A stretch of 64,000 nt of DNA from Camelus ferus (lineage: Eukaryota): the NCBI RefSeq assembly GCF_009834535.1, contig NC_045697.1, forward strand, positions 62,994,001-63,058,000. The letters are read 5' to 3'. Made by a program: the position numbers and the translations under genes. The notes under the pieces are model-generated. The model made no database searches and was not told where the DNA came from. It saw only the letters and a list, made by a program, of their open reading frames with translations. Positions 54,691 to 64,000 of this stretch are shown here, one piece after another (the first letter of the stretch is position 1; each line of letters starts with the position of its first letter).

Positions 54691-54825
54691 GTTTAAAACA
54701 ATTAATATGTATTTTTTCACTATATACTTTTGGTCATAAAGCTGTAAGAATGTGATAAAAGACAATGTTTATTTAATAATGTTTATTAGAGATTCAGGAT
54801 AAAGTAATATTTCTCTTTATTTTAG

Positions 54826-55013
54826 CATACATGGAAATAACTAACTCTTCATTATTGTATCATGGAGGGAGCTGAGAGCCCAGTAAGTGGTTATGAATAC
54901 TACAGACTGCAAACAAGTATGTGTCTTTGGGTCACAGAAATGCAGGTTGCATTGGTTTTTTTAACATGGGAGATTCATGTGAACATTGATCTCTGGAGTG
55001 TAATATGGCCAAG
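54826..55013 (+). pseudogene. Dynein pseudo-exon (start of AAA1)
   Basis: ctttattttag acceptor, aag|gtattc donor; SGYEYYRLQTSMCLWVTEMQVALVFLTWEIH versus recalled YGYEYLG...YITLTQSLH; a second frame ends NMAK (compare DLAK). Confidence 0.7.
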
Positions 55014-55329
55014 GTATTCTCAGAGTTGTCACAGTGGAGAGAGAAAGGTGGACTTAGGGTCAGAACACATAGTAATTTACAATATGTTGAGTATGTTTTA
55101 TGACATTGAGGAACTCATACTGGAGGCAGTATCTTAAATATGAACACTGTTAATCCAGTGTTTATACATGACATGATTTTGGATCTAGAAGAAACCATAT
55201 AACTAAAAAAATTCTGTATTGCATTGAATATGAGATAGGTAGAAGAATCTTACTCAATTATAGAATGTCTTTTGTGTGTTCTCTCAGCTTATTTTTCTTA
55301 TGAAAAGGAAATAAACAAAATTAATATTC

Positions 55330-56016
55330 CTTGGCTGTTATCGAAAATGTGAGATAACAAGTCCTGGCAAGGATGTGGAGAAAAAGGGAAGTCTTTTCCA
55401 CTGTTGAAGGGAATGTAAATTGGTGCAGCCAATGTATGGATAAAGAAGATGTGGTACACACACACAAATACACATGATGGAATATTATTCAAATGGAATA
55501 TATTTCATAAAAAATAAGGAAATCCTGCCATTTGTGATTAACATGGATGAAACTTGAGGGCATTATTCTAAGTGAAATAAGTCAGGCAAGGACAAATACT
55601 GTATGATCTCACTTATATGTGAAATCTAAAAAAGCCAAAGTCATAAAAACAGAGTAGGATGGTGGTTGCCAGGGCCCTAGGGGTGGGGAACATGTGGAGA
55701 TGTTGCTCAAAGGGGCAAGCTTCCAATTATAAGATAAGTAAGTTCTGGGGATCTAATGTACCACGTGGTGATTTTAGTTAAAAATACTGTGTTATATACT
55801 TGAAAATTACTAAGAGAGTAAATCTTAAATGTTTCATCAAAAAATGTTAGTTATGTGAGATGATGGAGGTGTTAACTAGCCTTACTATGGCAGTCATTTC
55901 ACAATATATTTATGTATCAAATTACCTCATTATACATTTTAAACTTACATGATTATATATGTCAATTTTATCTTAATAAACCTGGGGAAAAATAGCAAAA
56001 GAATCCCATGAAAACC
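55330..56016 (+). mobile_element. L1MA/MB-type 3' end with 14-bp TSD
   Basis: ggcaaggatgtggagaaaaagggaa...acatggatgaaacttgagggcattattctaagtgaaataagtcag...aataaa; TSD caaaattaatattc at 55316 and 56017. Confidence 0.9.
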
Positions 56017-56227
56017 CAAAATTAATATTCTTGACAATAAGATCTTGATGACTTCATGAAGTTAATGTCTTATTTGTCTTAGAATTCTCAGTACTTAGGT
56101 AAAAACACGTTCAGTAAATGTGTATTGGATAACTGCAGTTTATTAGATTGAAAAATTGCTCTATGTAAATGCGTATTATCTTGGTACCTTTAAAAATCAA
56201 TATTTGTTTGTTTGTTTAATTTATTAG

Positions 56228-56412
56228 TAAGAGATGGTTTGGAATTTCTGGGCAGCAACATAGGTCAAATCTAAGTGATCAGGGGTTTTATATTTGGTCA
56301 TGTAGGTAACCCAGCTAATCAATTTGAATTCCTAGTTAGAGCTCCAGCATTCATTGGAAGACAGAGGAAAGGCAGAGTCTTGATGTTGATATATTACAAG
56401 AAGGCCTTCAGG
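56228..56412 (+). pseudogene. Dynein pseudo-exon (AAA1)
   Basis: g|gtttgt donor; QSLDVDILQEGLQG versus recalled EGLDY.AMG.FFKG; 5' boundary uncertain. Confidence 0.5.
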
Positions 56413-56513
56413 GTTTGTATTTTTGTTCACTTTTTTTTTCACTGTTCCATTTCTTTTGTGTTGTTCTGTGGGATGTCAGTATCACCTAACAAATATTTGA
56501 AGTGATTTTACAG

Positions 56514-56750
56514 GTAATTGTTATAAAACGGTGGTTGTAACGGATTGCTCAGGGTCCTGCACTGTTAAGTGAAAGTAGGTGTAAGTTGAAAATTCCTGGC
56601 ACCAGTGAAATTGGTCTTTGTGGCAGGAAGTGTTTTATATAGTTCCATCATCATTATCTGTGTTTTATCATTTGCTATTTTAGTCTCTGACTTGTATACC
56701 CAAGAAGCCCTCTGTGATTTAATGTGCAAGCTCTCCAAACTCCCACATAT
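56514..56750 (+). pseudogene. Dynein pseudo-exon (AAA1 Walker B region)
   Basis: ttttacag acceptor, gtaact donor; NWSLWQEVFYIVPSSLSVFYHLL versus recalled [20 protein letters not shown]. Confidence 0.6.
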
Positions 56751-57309
56751 GTAACTTCCCAATAATAAGAGAACCCATGATACTCTGCCAAATTTGGTTC
56801 AACTCTGCTTCTACCTTGCTATTAACTCACCTTTCCTGATTCCAGAGTTACCTTCTGGTACCTCTCTTGAAGTTAAGAAGAAAAACTAACTGGAGGAAAA
56901 AATAGAACACCCAAACTATAAGCTCCCAGTCTTGAGTAGGACAAATTTCTCAAATCCTCATTTGAGTCTCCTCTATCAACCCAAAAAGACTGATACCATA
57001 TTCTCTGTTTGACAGTTGATAAAATGAGGTTTATAAAGGCAATGGAAAAGGCCAGAGTCATACAGCTAGTAACACTGGAACTAGACTTTGCTCTTACTTC
57101 AGTAAAACTCTAAAGTTAGTGTTAGATTATTACTGGATCAGATTGCCACAGGAAAGTAATTGTTTTTTTCTTCACTCTTATCTTTGGTACAGAATCTATG
57201 TGCTCTGTTTGGGCCATTCCCTCTCTTTACTCTGTCTTTTCCCCTAATTTCTGTCTCTTCTCATTCCCTGAAGATTGATGCTTCATATGTACTGGCTTTA
57301 CAACAGCTT

Positions 57310-57778
57310 TGTCTCAGTGGTGGATAAAGTTGGCCATAAACACTTTCTTGCTCCTCGCATTGAGAGGTGGTATCTGTTTCTCCTTGTCTTTAGTCCAGGA
57401 GATAGCTATGTGACCTGCTTTGACCAATATAGGGTGCTTTAAGTAATGCTATGCCAATTTTGGGCTTAGCGTTTTGCTCTCTTGGATCCCTGAGCCACCA
57501 ATGAAATGTGGTTGACTACCCTAACCAGAGAGCTTGTCAGGACAGAGATGCATGGTTAGCCATCAGCTGTTCCGGCCATCCTAGCTGAAGCACCAGGCAT
57601 GTCACTGGGGTCATCTTGGATTTCAGCCCCAAATGAGCCTCCAGAAGATTGTTCCAACAGCGACCAAAGTGAGACTAGTCAAAAAACCCAGCCATCAGAA
57701 CCTAAGTCAGATTGTAGAATCATAAGCAAATAAATGTTTTGGAGTGTTTTGTTAAATAGAAGTAGATATCTGAAATAC
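57310..57778 (+). mobile_element. MaLR MLT1-type LTR
   Basis: tgacctgctttgaccaata...aagtaatgctatgccaattt...gaatcataagcaaataaatg...tttgttaaatagaagtagata. Confidence 0.8.
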
Positions 57779-58141
57779 TCACTGATTTCCAAATTTACTT
57801 TGTCTTCAGGGACTGAAGACAGAGTATTATTTTCTGTTATCTTTATGCTCATACTGATATACTGAGACCTCAGCCAAAAGAGATTCTAGTTCCTCTAGAA
57901 AAGGGATTTCCAAGATATTTAAGGGATTTGGATTGTTAAAACTGGACAAATGAAAATTCAAGTAGGATAAGAAAATTATTTTCAACTATCTGAAGGCTGC
58001 TTTGGTAAGAGGAATATAATTGGTTTTGAGAATGTAAGAAATGGAAAGTTAAAATGATCAGAAGCCACATATGAATAATTATATTTAACTTCAGTGTGAT
58101 GAAGTTTTCCTCACACTGAAATTAAATATTGAATTGTCCTA

Positions 58142-58703
58142 TGTGGTGGGCTATAAAAATGGTGTGGGCACTTGATGAAGGCAGTATGTTGCCCATTGCT
58201 GGCGAGCCGAGGCACTTTGGCTTAGCGCCTTGCTAAGATGTGTGGCAGTCACGGAGTCATGCTACTTGGCCTCCTTTCAAGAAATAAATGGTTTTCAGCT
58301 GTGAGGGGTATAGTTGGCTGACACGTATAGCTGCAGAAGCTTTAGAATCCTTCGCAGTGTTCAAGCTAAGGTGATGCTCTTCAGTTCATCCTCCCAGCAA
58401 TTGACAGAGCCTGTCCGTTTCTGCCAATGCAGACCTCTCCTGCAGCCTGTCTTTGCTCTGAAACTCTCCCTGTTAGATTGGTCAAGACTTCATGAGATCT
58501 GCACTGCATTCTTTTTATTATTCTTCTTGTTCTATTTTTCCCTTTCCTTTCAGAAGCATAGGATCTGTTTTGTGACCTGAAGTCTTCCCCTACATAATCC
58601 TGTTTTCTTCCTTGTTATCAATTCATAGAAATTACTCCTTAATAAAAAATCTTTACTCCTAATTCTGGCTCAGCATCTGCTTCTCTTAGGACCTGACCAA
58701 GAT
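58142..58703 (+). mobile_element. ERVL-type LTR remnant
   Basis: Ends ccttaataaa...ctggctcagcatctgcttctcttaggacctgaccaaga. Confidence 0.55.
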
Positions 58704-58897
58704 CCTAAATGGGGAGATGAGTCAGTTTAGACAAATTTTAAGGTCTCTTCTAACTCTGCAGTCCTGTAATACTGTGCTGTGCCATCTAATGACTCCTAGG
58801 CAGAGTTGGATAATCATTTTATAACAATTCTAAGAAGTAAGGCAAGAGATACCTGTCTGAATCACAAACTTTATACTTTGGAAAATATTTTCTTCAG

Positions 58898-59038
58898 AAT
58901 TGTAAAGGTGCATTTGCATTTGGTCTTAAAGTTTAATTCATTTGCTTGTATTTGTAACTCTCTGGAGTCATTTGAATCTGCTAAACTGAGCTCAAAAATG
59001 GAATTAAATCAGTGTCTAGTAAAAGATGTCTATTTAAA
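58898..59038 (+). pseudogene. Dynein pseudo-exon (AAA1)
   Basis: ttttcttcag acceptor, gtaagc donor; open phase 2-2 frame IVKVHLHLVLKFNSFACICNSLESFESAKLSSKMELNQCLVKDVYLK. Confidence 0.65.
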
Positions 59039-59437
59039 GTAAGCTTCTTGCAACACACATGTTTTCTGGGCAGATAGCACAAACATTAGGAATGATTAAA
59101 GAAAGAAGTGTAGAAAAACTTATCAATCCTGGTGCTATTTATTATAATTTGGAAAATAATCTTCCATTTTGCTCTCCTATTAATATATGTCTTATTAATA
59201 TGAACAATGCATCCAGATCTTGCACAATTAGCACATAACAAATAAATAATAATCAGTTTTGAAGTGTGGATACTATTAAATTATGCATCTCTTAGAATAT
59301 ATGTGGGATTCTAGAAGAAATTAAAATGTACTGAAATTAACTTACTGATCTTGATTTGATGTGAAATTCTTTAAAGTTTTTTTTTTAAATATTGTGCTTA
59401 TGTCAAATGAATGTAAAAATAAATGCTTCCTTTGAAG

Positions 59438-59636
59438 GCTTGAAATTAAAAAATTCAGAGAATATGGTTATTAGGCCAGCCTGTGATTCCCAGGCCTCCT
59501 GTGTTTATACAGGCGATAAAACCAGGGCACAAGTAGCAGCCAAAATATAACATTCCTCTGAGATCACGCATACTCTGACCTCTCATGCTCTTTTGAGATA
59601 AATTCTGGAATCCCTGGGTATATCGCATGAGATTTG
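59438..59636 (+). pseudogene. Dynein pseudo-exon (AAA1)
   Basis: cttcctttgaag acceptor, gtaatg donor; NMVIRPACD...ALLR*ILESLG versus recalled SLFRPCAM...LICEIML. Confidence 0.6.
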
Positions 59637-59694
59637 GTAATGAGACATTGCTCTCACGACGTGGAGTTTTTGATTTGCAATTTATTTTTTAAAG

Positions 59695-59930
59695 CCACCT
59701 TAATTGAGCCTCTGTCATCTGCCAGATAGTAAGTTTTTTAAGTAAATTATCTCATAAGTATCACAACAATCATGTTAGATAAGGACTAATATTATTTCCA
59801 TTTTGCACTGAAGAAATCTGAGCATTTGAGAGGTTAAATTACATGACCAGTGTCACTGTAGCTCATAAAAATGGCAGTGCCTGGGTTTTAACCCAGCTGT
59901 GGCTGACTGCAGGGTCGATGCCATCACAAC
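59695..59930 (-). mobile_element. MIR SINE
   Basis: attatttccattttgcactgaagaaatctgagcatttgagaggttaaatt...gggttttaacccag. Confidence 0.8.
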
Positions 59931-60836
59931 CGTCATGTTACCCAGGCTTTTCTGTGCTGTCAGTGACTGAGAGTCAAAAGTGCCACTAGTCAGCATGGAA
60001 GCTCTGCCGTTGTCTGCTTCCTGTGCTGCTGTTCAGACCCAGGCTGTGGACGCTTACGGTGCAGGGAGCTGGTGTAGTGGGGGCCGGAGGAACTCTCGCT
60101 GTTGCCAGACACGCTGTTATCACCGAGTGCACTGATGCTGTCATTAGTTCTGCTGCCAACAACGCCAGCCCTGCTGTTGCCAGTGCCAGTGCTGCTGCTA
60201 CCTTGGGCTCTCAGTGTCCCAGGGTGATCCTGTAGACAAGCAGCTGCTTTCGGCTTTCAACTTGCTCGTTACCTGTAGATCCTTTGCCTTAGGACTCAGG
60301 CTTAAGTCCGTGGAACCTGGGGCAGAGGACAGTGGGAGGTACACTTTATCTACCCTAGCATCTGGGACAGCTGGCCTTGAACCAAGCATGTGCATCTCAG
60401 TTCTCTTTTCTCTTCTTCCTGAGAGATTTCTTTTCCTCAGTGACTCTATCTTCCCTCCTGCAGTGCCCCACCAGTCCTGGAAACATAAACCCTTGAACCT
60501 TAGAATGATTAGATATTTTAGTTTGAAAGATATAATAAAGAGCACTTAAAATTTAAATCATGAATGTATACTTATCTACGTAAGAATTGACTCATGCTAA
60601 TTATTAAAGAAAAACTATGTAAGTATAAACAACTTTGCTATCCAGCAGGGGTGCTTTCAGTTTGATTTACATTGTTTGTAAAATAATAATAATTACTAGA
60701 GCTCAAAAAGTCAAATCTTTCTTTGAAGCCCTATCAATAATTTATACAACTTATATCAAAAGGCTTACAGGGACAAAGTGATTTTGTTGGTGGGGTGATT
60801 TCTTTTTCACTCTTGCTTCCAATCCTGACTCACAAG

Positions 60837-61043
60837 GAGGGCACTGTTGTCTCAAAGCTGGAAAATAAGGAAATAGCATGAAGATTTACAAATCTTTACT
60901 CATTAAAAACATTTAAAATACAGACTTTTTAACTAAGGAGAATATTACATTGCTGAATTCTTTATCAACTGAAAGCAAAATCCTGTCTGCATTTTTTAGT
61001 TGAAAAAACATGGGGCAAAATAACTCTTAGTTCTATACCAGAA
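60837..61043 (+). pseudogene. Dynein pseudo-exon (AAA1 lid)
   Basis: EGTVVSKLENKEIA*RFTNLYSLKTFKIQTF*LRRI versus recalled AEGFIEAQSLARKFITLYQL...WGLRAI. Confidence 0.75.
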
Positions 61044-61261
61044 GTATTTCTTTTTCTTTTCTTTAATTGCTTACAAGTAGTCTAGTAAGAAAAAACATTT
61101 ATTTGTATCAAGGTCCTGGTCAGGATACTCTTCTTAAGGTCAACTATTTTCCCCTTTAGGATAAAGCAATCAATATTCTTGTTAGAGTACAATATTCTTG
61201 TTGGAAATACAAGCTTGCATATCCAACCTACCTGCAATTATAATGGAAAGTTTTATGTTTC

Positions 61262-63075
61262 TTATTCCAGTTTTATTGAGATATAATTGACAGACATCAC
61301 TGTATAAGTTAAAGGTATACAGCATAATAATTTGACTTATATACATCATGAAATGATTACCACAGTAAGTTTAGTGAACATCCGCTATCTCATATAGATA
61401 CAAAATAAAATAATTAGAAAAAAATCTTCTTCCTTGTGATGAGAACTCTAATAATTTACGTAGGATTTACTCTCAACAACGTTCATACTAACATACAGCA
61501 GTGGTCATATTTGACTTTACATCCCTAGTACTTATTTATTTTAAAAATTTTTAATTGAAGTTTTATTTAATTTTTTATTGAAGTCAGTTACAGTGTGTCA
61601 ATTTCTGGTGCACAGCATAGTGTTCCAGTCATAGATGTATATACGAATACGTTTTCATATTTTTTCATTAAAGGTTATTACAAGATATTGAATATAGTTC
61701 CTTGTGCTATATAGAAGAAATTTGTTTCTTATCTGTTTTTATATGTACCCCCTTTCCCCTATTACCATATGATTGCTTACTATGTCTGTGAGTCTGTTTC
61801 TGTTTTGTAGATGAATTGATGAGTTCATTAGTGTTCTCTCTTTCTCTCTCTTTTTTTTAGATTCCCCATATGAGTGATTTCATATGGTATTTTTCTTTCT
61901 TTTTCTGACTTACTTCACTTAGAATGATGATCTCCACATCCGTCCATGTTGCTGCAAATGACATTGTTTTATTCTTTTTTTTATCATTGAGTAGTATTCC
62001 ATTGTATAAATACACCACAACTTCTTTATCCATCATCTGTTGATGGACATTTAGGTTGCTTCCATGTCTTGGCTAAATTCAATTAAATTCAACACCCATT
62101 TATGATAGAGTCTTACCAAAATGGGTATAGAGGGAACATATCTCGACATAATAAAAGCTATTTATGACAAATCCACATCCAGCATAGATAATACTCAATG
62201 GTGAAAAACTGAAAGCCTTCCCACTAAAATCTGGAACAAGACAAGGATGCCCACTCTCACCACTTCTTTTCAAAATAGTTTTGAAAGTCCTAGCCACAGC
62301 AATTAAGGAAGAAAAAGAAATAAAAGGGATCCAAATTGGAAGAGAAGAGGTAAAATTGTCACTATATGTGGATGACATTATGCTATATGTAGAAAACCCT
62401 AAAAGCTCCACACAAAAACTATTAGAACTATAAAATAATTTGGCAAGGTAGCAGGATACAAGACTAACATACAGAAATCAATTTCATTTATTTACACTAA
62501 CAATGAAATATCAGGAAAAGAAAATAAAGAAACAATCCCTTTTAAAATTGCATCCAAAAGAATAAAATACTTAGGAATAAATCTGACTAAGGAGGTGAAA
62601 GACTTATACATGGAGAACTACAAAACATTGATTAAGGAAATTAAAGATGACTTAAAGAAATGGAAAGATATCCCATGATCTTGGATTGGAAGAATCAATA
62701 TTGTTAAAATTGCCATATTGCACAAGGCAATCTACAGATTTATTTGTTTTATAACTGGAAGTTTGTACCTTTTTACTGCCTTCATCCAATTCCTCCTCTC
62801 CCTACCCTCCATTTCTGGCAACCACAAATCTGATCACTTTTTATATGATTTTGTTTGTTGGAATATCATTGATCTACACTATGCTAGTTCCTGTTAAGCA
62901 ACATAGTGCTTTCATATTTATATGCACTTCAAAATGATCACAGTAAGTCTAATTATCGTCTGTCACCATACAAAGATGTGGCTTATTAGTCACTTTCCCC
63001 ATTCTGTACCTTTCATACCCACAACTCATTTATTTTCCAACTGGAAACTTGCACCTCAATCTCCCTCACCTGTTT
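61262..63075 (-). mobile_element. Older L1MA-type 3' end (61262-61543 and 62740-63075) split by a nested L1
   Basis: ttttattgagatataattgac...atccctagtacttatttatttta resumes as ttttataactggaagtttgtacc. Confidence 0.8.
61544..62739. mobile_element. Younger L1 with 5' inversion: minus-strand 3' end (61544-62075) plus plus-strand ORF2 RT segment (62076-62739)
   Basis: Plus segment encodes [21 protein letters not shown]...[12 protein letters not shown]-like ttatttatttta/ttatttgtttta. Confidence 0.88.
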
Positions 63076-63782
63076 CGTTTGCTTTTGTGTTTCATTAATT
63101 AAGAAAATGGAGATTGGTTATTACTTAAACACGTACATTTCAGACAGAATGAGCTTCTTGATGTGTCAAATGTATGGATTTATAGAATGAATTTGCATTC
63201 AGAACTTTTTTCCAGTATATTGCATGAGGAATATAATTTTATTTAAAAATGTAAATATGTGATTTATGAAACATCACAAAGGAATGTATTTATACATTTA
63301 AGGTTATCATAACACATACATGTTAGGATGTTTCTGTACGTGTATAATATACATTTTTTATTTTTAATTGATTTTTTAATTTTAAAATTAGAATTAAAAA
63401 AAAGTATGTTAGTATATGAAAAACAACCTAACAATGTCATTCTATTTAAACGTCATATGTAGATGTGTGTTTTGTTATGTTCTGAGCTACCTGCCAGCAT
63501 ATGTTGTAAAGAACTCTATGGATAAAATAAAGATCAGGAAGTAGTACAGAGAGAAATAAAATTTAGTTGCCTTATATTTCCTATCCTCCTCATTTTTTAG
63601 TTTTTAGCAAGAATTTATGCCTCTTGCATGAAGATACTAATGTAGTTAATGTTCTAATGTAGTTAAAATTATAGAAGAGCTTTTAAAACTTTATAGGATG
63701 ACAAATGGCATTGATAAATATACTTTTATGAGTAAGATTCTCTTTATTGTTTGCACTTAATGTTCTTGTTTTGTTTTAACAG

Positions 63783-64000
63783 TATGTATAAGAAATTTTT
63801 TAGCTTTTTCTAGATAATTTTTCACCCTTTATACTCTAAACCTGTTTAGGCAAGTGAGGTTTGCAAGTGGTTGAATTCAGAGTTTACACTGGAACAGACT
63901 GGTGGGAATACTTCTCAATAGCTTTTTCAAGAAAGTATTAACTACTTTATTACACAGATTGCAGTCATTTTTATCTTTACTATACACAACCATAGAAAAC
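63783..64000 (+). pseudogene. Candidate dynein pseudo-exon (entry to AAA2), truncated by window edge
   Basis: Strong acceptor ttgttttgttttaacag; LDNFSPFIL*TCLGK*GLQ and, in another frame, LVGILLNSFFKKVLTTLLH versus recalled VVGGAGTGKSQVLRSLH. Confidence 0.5.

Larger units (their letters stand above)
1..64000 (+). pseudogene. Multi-exon decayed axonemal dynein heavy-chain pseudogene (beta/outer-arm DNAH9/11/17-like), open at both ends
   Basis: About 30 segments, mostly AG/GT-bounded, with colinear dynein-like motifs: FDFLSH, I*WA, ITDHVIH, LL..LTAF..E, DNY-NYLRSC..KEL, LWEV*, IDL/NFKEL, LCIDNI*K, KHPTQ, GDRQFAKTIC, GYEY, EIA*RFTNLYSL. Many stops, frameshifts and deletions. Comparison is to recalled DNAH9/11/17 sequence. 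Confidence 0.85.

Noticed and set aside
60023..60549. GC-rich overlapping Ala-rich ORFs
   Set aside because: Low-complexity tgc/gcc tract, probably an old LTR remnant; no dynein similarity or clear splice boundaries.
1..64000. Prokaryotic systems such as CRISPR arrays, operons or rRNA
   Set aside because: MIR, L2, L1 and MLT content shows mammalian DNA; no repeat-spacer array or rRNA was seen.

Overview
AT-rich mammalian genomic DNA, probably camelid judging by a young L1 3' end at 43.9 kb. There is no intact protein-coding gene, and the listed ORFs are mostly L1/L2 debris or chance frames. Scattered between ordinary repeats (MIR, L2, L1, MaLR/ERV LTRs, hAT MER elements) are about 30 plus-strand segments, mostly bounded by AG...GT splice signals. 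Translated through their stops and frameshifts, they line up in order with an outer-arm beta-type axonemal dynein heavy chain (DNAH9/11/17 class): tail, linker, AAA1 and the start of AAA2. The window therefore appears to be the middle of a large, intron-containing, long-dead dynein heavy-chain pseudogene that extends past both edges. The reference motifs used for comparison were recalled from memory and need alignment to confirm. Other notable items are a TSD-flanked tailless retrocopy of a tRNA-Gly 5' half, an ERV LTR segment retroposed by L1 with a poly(A) tail and TSD, and a 5'-inverted L1 nested inside an older L1.
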